From positions 15,252,001 to 15,316,000 of the forward strand of contig JBITNC010000002.1 in NCBI GenBank assembly GCA_050084985.1: 64,000 nucleotides of DNA. The letters run 5' to 3'. Position 1 is the first letter of the stretch, and each line of letters starts with the position of its first letter. The notes beneath the pieces were generated by a model that ran no database searches, was not told the DNA's origin, and was given only the letters and a program-made list of their open reading frames with translations. Of the stretch, positions 28,101-40,755 are shown piece by piece. Both the position numbers and the translations under genes were made by a program. This stretch comes from Nageia nagi. Its lineage: Eukaryota > Plantae > Pinophyta.

Positions 28101-28680
28101 GAGGGATTAAATTTTGAAAAATTAATATCGATACTGAGTTAGAACCTAAGATGGTGATACTTAACTATTATTTTATAAAAGAATAATTAAATAAGATTAT
28201 TGAAATCCTTATCAAGTATCTAAATGTATTCCCAAAGGATATTTCAAACGTAAAGGGAATAAAGGACAAGGCAAGAGTCATGCATATTCAATTGATATCA
28301 AAGTGCAAGCTAATGAAACAGAAGTTGCATATCCCCTTAATACTAATGTCAAAACTAATGTTAAAGAGGTAATTGAAAAAATGCTCATGGCAGATATTAT
28401 TTTGCCAATTGACATAACAAATTGAATCAACCCTATGGTTGTCCAACATAAGAAGACAAGTGAAGTCTACTTTTTTGTTGATGGATTCTTTGACTATCAC
28501 TAAGTGAAAATTGCTACAAAGCATCGCCCAAAACTCAAATTCACAACAAAATGGGGATCTTACATGTATAATCTCATGCCATTCGAGTTCAAGAATCCTC
28601 ATGTTATTTTTCCATCCATTTTAGTGAATTCTTTCTAAGAGTTTATTCATGACTTCCTTGAAGGTTATCTTAATGACTTG
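25120..28680 (+). mobile_element. Tandem triplication of a decayed Ty3/Gypsy RT-RNase H fragment
   Basis: The unit anchor ttcta(c/t)agtggcaactt recurs near 25122, 26428 and 27838. Each unit carries RT motifs (DGFFDYYQV; WGSYMYNVMPF; IHDF-EGYL); ORF 27305-27685. Confidence 0.85.
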
Positions 28681-30049
28681 AAAAAAAAAAGGAATTTGAA
28701 ACTTTTCCTATACCATCATCAAATGATAGATTGCTAGCATCCTCTACTTTGTCAAGGTAAGAACCATTCAATTCTAAACATTTCTAGTTAGCATTCATAA
28801 AAAACCAAGCAAATGTAAATAATAATGTATAATAACATAATCACACAATACCTTCCATCATGTTTTTGAAACAACTTGGGGTGAATGTTTGGTGTAAAAA
28901 TAATTTTCTTTTCATATCAGACTAGCAAGATGTAAATTAAATTTTCTGCATTCCCATTCATGTAAATAATATAATAAAACCAACCTGATAATCCCCCTAT
29001 CTATGCAAATTTGACTACAAGGTTTATTTTAAATAATTAACCATTGCAATGATAAAACAAGTTATTATATGATTACCATGCATGAAAAGCATGTCAAATA
29101 AAGAAAAGACTATAATGGAAGTATCCCTACAAAACAAATAAGATTATTATAAAAACATTAAAAATATGATACTATATCAAAATTAATGGTATATTTATTG
29201 AGTTTCATATTTCTTAAAGTCATTTATGTTTTTTTGGGACCAAGAGGTAAATGGACAACAATTGTGATTATTTGACACACTTTAATTGAAGTATATCCTA
29301 ATTGTTCGAGATCAATGTTTTATCAATTGGATTTTGCGTATGCAAAGTCTTGTATCATTCACATTGGTTTTTTGGTGACTACAATTATATTGAAATTTCA
29401 ATATTCTGAGGGGTAATGGTTGTGATCCATGAATTCTTAAACAATATAACCAAAATAAGCATGGTGATTTTCTCATAAATCTTGTTACATATAATCATTT
29501 AAATAAATAAAAATATATATTTATCTTTGAACAAATTTTGATAGATCCTACAAACTCTTGGGTTTAAAAGACACTAAAAGATTATCATTTCATCTAGTAC
29601 ATGTACTTGATCCAAGGTAACAGAGGTAAGGGTTTAGTTTGCAGAAATCTTCATTAGACATCAATCTGTAGATAAATATCTTATTAGAAAAGTGATCTAA
29701 AGGAAGATGATGTTATTTTAAATATATAACATTTGTTGACTGAGGTATTGGGAATTGTTCATTAATGAGCCAAAAGTCTATATTGTGTCTTCTACGAAAC
29801 TGAAAAAGAAATATCCAAAAGAAGTTCAAACACTAAAGCTTTGACAGCCAATGCATACCGGCATACGGATGGACATATTTTACAGTCATCACCTGGGAAA
29901 TCATTAATGGACCTTACACTGGCCTACTGAGGAACAATGAGCAGACTATAATAAATTTGCAAACCAATTTGTACTAATTTTTTATAGTGTTAAAACAACA
30001 CAAAAAGAAAGCAGAAGCTCCAATTTCGGACATGAAACATTGATTCTTG

Positions 30050-30320
30050 TATTTAGCTCTCAATTCTTTGACTATGCTCCTGGTTGCCACAAATTTCACA
30101 ACGGAGTAGGAATAGTAATAAATGAAATGTTGGGCATTGAAGCATATGCGGCCAAAAATTGCATAGCAAATGCAAAGTGTCTATTATTTAGCTCTCAATT
30201 CTTTCACTATGCTCCTGGTTGCCACAAATTTCACAACGGAGTAGGAAGAGTAATAAATGAAATGTTGGGCATTGAAGCATATGGGACCAAAAATTGCATA
30301 GCAAATGCAAAGTGTCTATT
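30050..30320. repeat. Two-copy 135-bp tandem duplication downstream of TRM5
   Basis: tatttagctctcaattcttt starts at 30050 and 30185; the copies differ at about four positions. Confidence 0.95.
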
Positions 30321-31083
30321 ATTATTGGGTTCATATCAAGCAAAGATTTATGAACTGGACTAGAGTTCTCCCAGTGGGTCAGATGCCCTTTTGGATTTAT
30401 GCAATACAGTTTTCATGATGAAATCTTGAAAGCTTCATTTGAGAACATCATCCAACGAAATATATGATTTGAATTCTGAAGCACCATAAGAAAGGTTGCA
30501 GGGTTTGAATGACATGCTCTATTATGAGGTACCTAAGAATACCCCATAACTATCAGTACATCCATATATTTGTGGAAAGAGAGATTTTCTTTTGCAAAAA
30601 TTAAGTTGAATTCATATTGTTGAATCAAGCAAACTAGGACAAGTTTTGTTTGAATCTGTAAAGAAAGTAAAGTCTTCGGATGTGAAAAATAATATGCAAT
30701 TCAATGAATATTTGTTTCTGACCATATGCCTTCAAAATAGATAAGCACTCTTCCTTGAAGCAAAAAATCATTCCCTTCAAGACGTACATCTCGATGTTTT
30801 TGTTAGCATAGTGCATGTTCATCATGAAGTGCTTCCTAAGCACAAAAAACCTGATTTACAAGAAACTGTGAATCCGATACAATGAAACAGTAGAATTTAC
30901 TGTACAATTAAGATAGAACACATGCCCCTTCTAGGTGTGGGTTGGCATTTGCCAATATATTTTCCTCAAAGCCTCAGAATAGTGCTATACAGAAAAGAAT
31001 TTACATGAACGTTCCTAAAAGGGTGAACAACTTCAAGTCAGATACCCCAACATGTTAAAAGGTACACATTGAACCCACCCAAG

Positions 31084-31212
31084 CTAGTTGATAAATGCAA
31101 TGTTTCTGGGAAGTGGGAATGTTGCACAAAGCATCCATTTACGTGGTGCCACAAGACGAACACGATGTATATCCACAGAACTTGGAGTCTCACCCAGTGA
31201 AGCCTCGATGCG
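31084..31212 (-). CDS. TRM5: tRNA (guanine(37)-N1)-methyltransferase, last coding exon
   Basis: TTTTAG acceptor; translates RIEASLGETPSSVDIHRVRLVAPRKWMLCATFPLPRNIAFIN*, matching the plant TRM5 C-terminal VRLVAPxKWMLCAxFxLP motif. Phase 0 fits the previous exon. Confidence 0.92.
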   Translation of the reverse strand, partial: RIEASLGETPSSVDIHRVRLVAPRKWMLCATFPLPRNIAFIN

Positions 31213-31457
31213 CTAAAACAGAATTGATTGCTATTACACATGTTAGTTTCATAACATCAACTTAATGACAAGCATGCATTTTCAAGATCAAAGTGGTGAC
31301 GATTATACAGGTTATTTTTATAACGTCAACCTAACGATAGGTATGCACATTAAACATTAAAGTGGTAACGATTGAACTTATTATTATGGAAACATCTACA
31401 GAAATTCAAACAGTGACAATATACTTTAAATTAGATGACAAATTGTTTGTTACAAAC

Positions 31458-31570
31458 CTCAAGAAAATCTGATTCTGGATTAGGAGCCTTAGAAAATCCA
31501 TATAAATGTATTGTTGGCATTGGTAAGTGCATGCTCCTATGTTCTGTCTTAAATGAACCTTTGAAAGCAT
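31458..31570 (-). CDS. TRM5: TRM5 exon
   Basis: CAG/GT bounded, 113 nt: (D)AFKGSFKTEHRSMHLPMPTIHLYGFSKAPNPESDFLE; phases consistent. Confidence 0.92.
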
Positions 31571-33775
31571 CTGCCATCCCAAAAGCTTCTTTAAGTGTTT
31601 TCATATAAGGATATTTAAACTGAATATCCAAAAATCCAATATGAAATCAAATCAGATTCATAAACTGCCTCCAAAATGTTAGAGAGATGTTTATAGTTAG
31701 ATAAGTCAAGCATTAGTTTCAACTGGTATGGCGTAGATCCGTATACATTCATATTACAATTAGATCAGTCAAGCATTACTGTATACTTATACATCAGCAT
31801 CCATTATTAGTCTATCACTGTTTTATATGGCATAAGGGTCCTCCATGGACTGATTCTCCAGTTTTTTTCTTTCATTGTTGTTATCATTTTGATAGTCATC
31901 ATGTGAATTACTATGGTGATTGTCATCATCTTCTATGTCAACATCATAATTTGTATCTCAACTAAGTAAAAGATGAAAATGTCTTCATTTGTATTGATTC
32001 TGACATTTTTTAAATCATAGTCTTGATCATCATTGACTGCACTTTGAAATTTTGAATGATAGGTACGCTATCTAGGTTTATTAATACTGCCACAACCATT
32101 GGGTTTTGAGTTTCAAAGGTAGTGCAGACAAGCATGAAGAAACATTTGACATAAACATGTTGCCTCGATTTGGAAACCTAGGGGTTTATAAGTCAGGGAG
32201 GAGGAACACAATCAAAAACATAGTCTTTGTTGAAAAAGAATACATTCACATCAAGTTCCAATTTGCACAAAACAAAATAAAAGAAAATATATTAAAATGT
32301 GTACAATTAATTCTGCCTGCGAAATGAAAATAGATTAATGGCAATATGCAGAATCAAATATGGAAACCTAGCTTATTGTAGGAACTTGAAGATACCAAAA
32401 AGAGTTATCTTCAATTTATGGATCAGGAGTAAGCTAGCAAACAACTTGTGATCTTGGAGGATGAATCTTGGTGCTTTGGAGTGTCAAACAGCAAATCTGG
32501 GTGATAATGGTTGGATTTAGCTCCTGTAACTAGTTTGGGGTCAATCTCGCTCACAAGCCAAGTCACCTATGTTATAGAACAAGGCTCTCAAAATGCCTAG
32601 CAATCTGGGAAGCAAGGTCCAAAACACCTACTTTTTGGGATTTTTTGAATTTGGAGGTGGAGCAAACTTCAATTGATGCTTCTTGCTGGATTGCATGGAA
32701 ATTTGGCTCTCCTAAGTAAAATTTCGCTTTAACACCTACGGATTTGATTTAAGGAAATAGTAGAAAACAATAATGATCAATCTTTTTGAAGATGTTAATG
32801 TTATGGCTTCCAGAAATAAGGGTATGCACAACTTGGATATGTAATAACAAGATGATCAAATAAACATTTGCTTTCTGCTTTATATACAGTTTTGAAGTCC
32901 AATTTTGAGGTCACAAACCTGGGCTGACCTGCACGTGAGAGAATAAAATTTAAAAGATTTTCTTAAATGAGCCTAGAATATACCAAAGTCGGCCCAAATT
33001 GTTTGCATGATTCAAGAAAATCATACAAACAAAATCATTTTAGATAGTTAAAATGCAATCAAAAGTGTCTATAGACATGACAAAAAAACTGAGTATAGCT
33101 GGAAACAGCTGCAGGTGCATGGATGATACGGAAAACTATGGGAGGTGCATCCTAGGTAAGGAAGTCGAGAAAAAAGGACATAATAAGTTGTGCATAAGAA
33201 AAGATAGGAAACTTGTGAGGAGCTATATGAAGGCCATAAAATTTGGGGAAATTGTGTATAATATTATATGCTGGAAGGTAAATTGAATATATAGGTGACA
33301 GGTACAAGTGACTGGTTACATAAATACGAGCAAACAGCTATATGCAAGGGAATGCCTTTCTGTGGTGTCCAATCATAGCTAATGATAGATTAATTAGACA
33401 TATAACACCATGTCTAACTTGTATCAAATATCTTACAAATGTTTCTCACTATGCCTCCTATTTTGTCAATGATATATCATTGCCAATATTCTATAATATA
33501 TTTAACATTCTATAAGCAAAAACATCATTTTGGGTGCATTGCACTATAAGTTAATTAGGCATTCACAACATAGTTTTGACCTCGAAGATTATGACTTATT
33601 CTGCAACTGTTTGAAAAATATAAGTTAGTCTCAAATGAAAGATGTGATCTTTCCGATGATAAATTAATTCACCATTGAGAAACTAGATGTTAAAGTTTAA
33701 TATTGAGAGACAAATAATTGAACTAAAACAACTGTGAGAGTCATCAACTTCTAATATGACTAGTAAAGGACAAAC

Positions 33776-33887
33776 CAAGATATTCAACAGCATCTTTAGG
33801 CAGGTTCATGACCACTTGTGTTATATAGACAGGCTTCTCACGTCCAAGTATTCCCTTGATAAATTCCCTTCCATCCAAGTTAAACAC
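33776..33887 (-). CDS. TRM5: TRM5 exon
   Basis: CAG/GT bounded, 112 nt: VFNLDGREFIKGILGREKPVYITQVVMNLPKDAVEYL, containing the Trm5 MNLP motif. Confidence 0.94.
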
Positions 33888-35798
33888 CTGAAACTCACAA
33901 TAACTTGCGTGAAAAACATGGTACTTCAACACTCATAACTAAAAAGTCAAGGTTTAGATTAGATGTTACTAAAGAACTTCATTTATTACATATGTCGATT
34001 GTATGGATTGAAAGCAAGAAGTTCGCATGCATATTTTAGAGATATACCAGTCAAATCTGAAGTACTCAAGAATGAGGCCAAACAACAAAAATATTTGACA
34101 GAGAGTCATTGTGCTTCAGCACAACAATCACCAAATATTGGTTCACTTTGATCTCAAGAACATAATGCACGTGAGTTGTAATTGATATATGAAAATCATA
34201 AAGCACTTCTTGATATATCCGCAGCAGTATTCTTAGACTAGGTGAATAATCGGAAAACTCATCATGTCATGAGCCCAGTTGAGGCTAGCAATTAACTTTC
34301 CCTTGACTTGCAAGTTTTCTCAGAGTAGTGAGATTGTGGCAAAAATATTCTTGGTCACAAGTTTCTACCAATCTTTTGTTAAAACCTGGTCTTTTAACAT
34401 AATTTAATTGCTGAATGTTTGCTGTGCTTTTACAAACTCCAATTGTCACTATTATGATCCACAGAATTTTTGGAAAATTTGCAAATCTTCATTTAGAATT
34501 GAAATGCCAATGAATTGATAAGGTTACTCTCTGTAATATTAACAAATGCCTCAAAAACACATATGGTTTCAGCAAAATCTTTCAAGGAGAAACTTAATGT
34601 TTCATACTACACTGACATGTATTCCTTAAACCCATAGTTCAAACTCCCACAAACAACATTTTGTTTCCAAAGTTGGCATTGTTTTATCTCCTCAAGTTTA
34701 CAATCTAGCATTTGCCTAAGTTGCTTACTAGAACAATGCTGGCTAAATTTGATAACAGTACATAACAAAATTTAAAATGTTTTATCAAACACAAATTATA
34801 TAAGGACATTTTTACACATGAAAGTTGCACAAAATTCAATCAAGCAAACAGAAGTCAAGAATGTCACCATGATATAATGATTTATATTTTGCTCAAATGA
34901 AACAAGAATGTGCAAGTTCACAAAAAAGCTATTCAATCACCAACATCTATTTTTTTGCATCTATGCATAATTCACAATTGGACCTTCACTTGTCTGCAAC
35001 TCTGATCAGTATAACACAGAAGAGGACAGATGCATACAGTTAGGACAATCTTAGCTCATACGGAATGAAACAAGAATGATGAAAGTAAAACATATATATA
35101 ATGATTATGATAGTCTTTCATGCATAACCAAAGCAATCAGCCTTTTTCCTGAAGGCTTGACCTTACTAAAACCCTCATAAACTAACAGATATCTTCATCA
35201 TGAAGAGGTTTTCACACAATTTTAAAAACTGCTGTAGAAAATACAATGATAACTATCCTTCCAACAATGCTAAAGTCTCATATATGTCAAAAGCAGCAAA
35301 AATGTTTCTCAGAAGCATTTTAAGGTTAAATATAAGGTCTCCTCTACTACAAGAGCAAACTGGTCTATAGCTATTTGTTCAAGTACTGCCACAAGTTCAA
35401 AGCACATGGAGAAAAGGTTCAAATTAGTCTATGTTCTGTAGCGCAAACCACCATGAAAAATTGCCTCTCAATACCAGATTTGTCATTTTTGACTGAACTT
35501 CATCTAACTGTCTTAAAGGCAAAACTGGGAGACAAGATATGCCAAATAATTAATAAATACAATAATGAGCTCAACCATATACAGCATTTAGTGTTGCCCA
35601 AAATGCATGAAAGTCAGCCTCTGTAAGCTGGTATCCATTGTCATCAATAATGCCAAACGTTTCCTTTATACAATAGCTACGTAAGTTTGTTATCTTTTGG
35701 TCATAGCTATCATAATTCATCAAAGACATGCCCATATTTCATCTTCCTTTGCTTTCACAAGGTATGTACCACATAATTGAAGAGGTCACTGCCATTAC

Positions 35799-35941
35799 CT
35801 CAATTTTACCGTGAACTTTATTGTAAGCAACATTCATCATTTGATATTTCACAGCAGAAGGGTTCAAATCATTTGCATACACTCTGTTCACTTTCTTTGC
35901 AGCAGCAATGGACAAGGGACCAACACCAGAAAAGACATCAC
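35799..35941 (-). CDS. TRM5: TRM5 exon (SAM-binding motif)
   Basis: TAG/GT bounded, 143 nt: (C)DVFSGVGPLSIAAAKKVNRVYANDLNPSAVKY...KIE, with SAM motif I and NDLNP. It resembles the organellar TRM5b-type (At4g27340-like) as recalled. Confidence 0.95.
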
Positions 35942-36326
35942 CTAAAACCTCACAAAAATGATGCACAATATTAATTGAAAAGATGATAACATGAATACAA
36001 AATAGATCAAAAGCGCTTGAAACTCGTATAGAAATAAAATAGTCCACAACAAAAAATATTCTCTATATACACAGAAGGATTACCTCAAGTCTATTTTTGC
36101 ACATAATAAACTTAAGAGCAATTAATGATAATAATGTTTATCATTGTACATAAAATTTATTAAATGCAACTTCCCAAGAGTGCCATAAATTATTGCAAAA
36201 AAATATACTCAAGTTTCAAGAATTAGATATGATCATAGTTTTAAAATGTGGAATTTTCACCAATTGATCATCACATCACCCAAACGCAAAATCGCCTAAA
36301 AAGGCAAAAAATCTCATTCTTTTGAA

Positions 36327-36903
36327 CATTGTTGGAAAACTTGTATTGAAGAACTACTCGGCTAGGAAAAAAATTTGGGAGTACTTGGCAACTCAGAGAG
36401 TCCTCGAGAAAATCTCAACACAAAAAGTTGGCAGAAAAAAAACCACGAACATTTAAAAAAACAAAAAACCTAACCCCTTTTTTTTGAAATTACAAAATAT
36501 GAAAAAACAAAGAATACCCATTTGAAGTATGGGCATTAACATAAACATATAAAAAATATGAGACAAAATGAAAAGCTTAAAATCCACAGTGAAGCTCTTT
36601 AGATTGATGGTGAACCTTCAAATCCTTCACAATCTGACCTGCAGAACAAATGAGTGAGTAAACACAATAGAATGAGCAAAATGAGACAGTTTAAAGCGAT
36701 TTTGGAGACTGACTATCTTTTTTTTGCATGATATTGGTTATGTTTTTCCAATCACCGAGTAACTGCCGCTTTCCTCCATGAGCACTGGCTGAAACTCTCC
36801 AGATACCAGCAGTGATGAGTAACTGCCCCAGGTTACTCATTTGCTTGCTGACTAAAGGATACTCGCAAGAAATCATAGCGTAATCGTGGTTTTTTGAACC
36901 AGG
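36327..36903 (-). mobile_element. 577-bp non-autonomous hAT derivative with 8-bp TSD
   Basis: Perfect TSD cttttgaa (36319-36326 and 36904-36911). Imperfect TIRs cattgttggaaaac / gttttttgaaccagg. The left part matches 51751-51860 and the right part matches about 62800-63280. Confidence 0.85.
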
Positions 36904-38410
36904 CTTTTGAATATTCATTTTTTGTTGATTTTCAGGCGATAAATCATCGAAGTGCGCTTCTTGCGACAATTAATCGTCACGAGTGGCAATTTAATTTGAG
37001 GGGATAAAAAGGTAAAACCACACTTCATTTTCACTACTTTCACTTCTAGTTTAGACCTTGCAAGAGTGAAATTTGGCAGAAGAGAGACAAAATCGTCCTG
37101 GAGATTCATAAATAGTTCTTTGGAGAGATTGAAGAAGCAGGTGAGCTAGCAGAAGAGACAAAACAAGCAAATCAGCTGGCAGAATCTCCTTCAATGTGCA
37201 TTTTGGATCTTTAAGGGGTGCAACAGAAGCAGCATGAGTTACCCGCTTGGGTGAGATAATTAGGAAAGTGAACCAGTTTTATCATTTTTTGACTTATTTA
37301 GACTGATATGTTTGTTTGTTTTGTTTTGTTTCTAATGGTATTTTTTTTAACTGTTTTTAGTTAAGTAAATTTTTACATTAAAAACAATAAGTGTTCTATT
37401 GCTTTTTTTAATGGTATTTTTTTTTACTGTTTTTTATCAAGCAATTCTTTACATCAAAAAACAACAAAAGACTGTTTTATTATTTTGTTTTTAATGGTAT
37501 TATTTTTTACTGTTTTTTAAAAGTAATGTTTTACATTAGTCCCTTATAATGTTTTGATGTAAAAAATTACTTAACTAAAAACAGTAAAAACTAATACCAT
37601 TAAAAACAAAATAAAACATACTAGTACAAAAAAGTCGCATAACAATATGATTGGTAAACTTTTCTAACACAGTAACAACAGTGCTGTTACCATGTTTTGA
37701 CCTGTTTTACTGATTTTTAACTGTCAAATACAATTTTAACTTTTTTTTTTTTTGGATTTTTCAAATAATTGTTTTTTTTACAACTGCAGTTTCCAATTTG
37801 AGCAAGGAAGTAGAAAATGAGTGCTCGAAGAGATCAAAAATGGAAATATATAAAACAAGTGGCTCGACAAATTAAATGTATATATCGTGGCAAGGTCATA
37901 TGGGGTGAAACCAATTATATAAAATACCATCTTGCATGCATTTCAGGCAAGAATGTAGAGATAAATTGTAGTGTGCAATCAAAAATCATGCATGAAATGA
38001 ATGCCCACCATAAAATGTGTTTCGAGATAAAGCAAGAAAAATAGAAGATCAAGGCAGAAAAAGGTAGCATCTTTAGCATTGTACCTCCTGTTCCTAGTGC
38101 CACTACTCACAAAATTAGGCCTAGGGTTCATCATCCAGTTGGAATAGAATCTAGCTCACAATCCCACTATGTAGCCTTTTCTTGTTTTATTCCTTGTGGC
38201 ATTCCAGTTGCCAATAAACTCGAGGCAACTGGATGGAAAAAGGAAATGCAAGCAAAGGCCGAAAAAAATGCCTAATTTTTAGCATTCTTGCAACATTTCA
38301 TTTTTTGTTACAAATTCAACATACTATGATGCTATAATGAATGCTTTAATAATTGTTGGTGCAGGGTTCAAATCCCCAACATATCATAAGTTGAAAAGAC
38401 CCCTTCTTGC

Positions 38411-38780
38411 TGTAATGTCCCCATTTCTCATTTCTAGGAATCAGGATCATGCATATTTGTATATGTGAAGTATGGAAGTTGTGTATCTTAGGTGGTGTGA
38501 AAGTGTTATGTGGAGTTAGACAAATAAAAGAATAAAAAAAAATAATAGAAGGAGATGTAAGAGTAATGTATTAAGAAAAATAATATTATGTTATAACTTT
38601 TATGTTATAATGGGCACCTTGTAAATAATCAACGATGAGGAGAAAATGCTACAACTACAAAGAGAGAGAGAGCTGTAGACTTACACGAAAATAGAGGGTT
38701 ATCTTCTCTCGAGAATAGGATGCAGTAAGTAACGTGAAATTGAAATTCCAATTAAATTTTATTCTATCTTCCATTTAAAT
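38411..38780 (+). mobile_element. LTR fragment interrupting the hAT coding region
   Basis: The transposase frame stops abruptly at tgtaatgtcccc, a Gypsy-type LTR start; the right boundary is uncertain. Confidence 0.45.
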
Positions 38781-39297
38781 TTCAAATTTTCAAGTTTTCT
38801 AAAATGTTATTGTTTTTTAATATAGAATTTTTTTGTTGATTTTCAGTTGTATGGTGGGAGAGGCCTTTGGCGCGAAAGCACCTCTCCTCCAACAATTGAC
38901 AATTTGAATTTCGTTTCAACCTTGCAACTCCATTGGATGTGAATACAATTGGAGTACATTTGAGCACATACACTTTGGTTCAAAAACGACTGAATAATTT
39001 GGTGTACGTTCATTACAATCTCATAATCTGCTATAGAAAAATAGATGGATCTGATTGGGATGTGATCAAGTTGGACAAGATTGATCCCTCTTCTAAACGG
39101 ATCACAAAACTTGACAACAAAAATGTGGCACCAAGTGAAAATTGTTTAGAGAAGAATTTAGAATGCATTGAGAGGGAGATAGCACATGAACCTGATGCCA
39201 TGGAATAACCACCAAGGAGAGGAGAAACATCCATAGAAACTGTGAAGGGAACAAGGAAAAAGAAGGCACATCATTGATGTGCTTGTAAAAAGAATTT

Positions 39298-39300
<3 letters not shown>

Positions 39301-39335
<35 letters not shown>
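39301..39335. repeat. (TA)n microsatellite, about 17 units
   Basis: Directly visible. Confidence 0.95.
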
Positions 39336-39337
<2 letters not shown>

Positions 39338-40755
39338 ATGATAAAAACAATATGTAGTTTTTCATATTTAAAGCAAAAAATGTCCTATATTTAAAATCAC
39401 ATTTCTTTCGTAATTTTTTTTGTTGCATGATTGTCAAATAATTTGCCACATTTTGTAATAAACTATTTGTTATGTATTTTGATAACAAAAACTCTATGTA
39501 TTTCTCATTTTAAATGCAAAAAATATTTGCACTTTATCTAAAATCCATTTTTTCGAATTTGTTTTGCCACATAATTGTCGAAAGCACACCCTCAACACAA
39601 TAAAAGTGAAAACCTTTAAATATTGCAAGACGAATGAGGACAACACCACAATACAAAAACCTATCACCAATATCATACAGTGAGGAGCATCAACTTCCAT
39701 GTTCTTAAGAACAACAACCAATACACCTATCGCTAATACTAAAAATTGACTTTAGTAGATTAATAATATTAATTATAATAAAACAAAATAATGAAATGAA
39801 TGGAAGAATTATCAACAATTATAGCTCAAGTGACCTAATGCTTCTATGCTCAATACCTAATCAAACCTCAATTGAAATGTACTACAAACCTATCGTTTAC
39901 TTGTTTCGAGTATATCGTAGCCTAGATTGTACCCCATAGGATCAAGACAACTCATTTTCAAAGGTTGAACATCCAATCCTCACAGACACAATGCGTTGAT
40001 GCCTTGCAATGCATTGTCGTACATCATTCCCTCAAAAATTCCTTCAAACTCGAGTTCATCATCAAAGTTTCTTGCTAAGATGTCAAAACTAAACTACAAT
40101 ATCATGAAATAAGGAATGTAGTGAGAAATAAGGGTGCAAATCCAAACTTGATAGGTGGTGTTGAAGAACATTGAGAATAAAATGTATGAGTTCTCTGTCA
40201 AGGTCTAGATTGTGATTTGCATCACATCCTTCCTCCCTTTATAAATGACGACACCTTAGCTAGTGTTCCTTGTATCTATTAACAAAAGGAGCTCATTCAC
40301 GAAATATACCTCAAATATATCAATAATTCTCCTAAATCAATTAATTCATTTAGATACCTAAAATATGATTTTTAATAAATAAAAATCAAATTTAAGTGTT
40401 AAGAGATGTCCCCCTTTAAATATGTTTTGACAGAATCAAGACTGAAAACCTATAAAATCAAAACAACAATACTTGTTATTTCTTCATGACAACAACTTAG
40501 ACTTACTTGTTATTTCCCATATCTCATGCCCCCTCTTTGGCTCGGTGACTACAATGAAGGCCCAACCAAAATGGAAGGGACAAAGACAAAGACAGGTATT
40601 TTGCAAAAGACATCAAACAAAGAACTCTACAAAACAACATATTATCCAAAATCATCATAACATAGTTCATAATTCATCATAGATTCCAAAACATGATATA
40701 TCATGGTTAGTTCAAAATGAAATAAACATAATATTTTTTTTAATGACAAAGGTTG

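Larger units (their letters stand above)
36234..39300 (+). mobile_element. Decayed hAT DNA transposon (BED finger, DUF659 start, dimerisation domain)
   Basis: TIR-like catagttttaaaa at 36234. BED finger in ORF 37817-38044 (WKY...CIYRGK...KYHLACISG); GAGFKSPTYHKL near 38355-38400; C-terminal QKRLNNLVYVHYNL in 38933-39208. The right end was not found. Confidence 0.75.

Noticed and set aside
30040-30363. 107-aa ORF with a 45-aa internal repeat
   Set aside because: It is explained by a 135-bp DNA duplication that happens to be a multiple of three; non-ATG start and no recognisable protein features.
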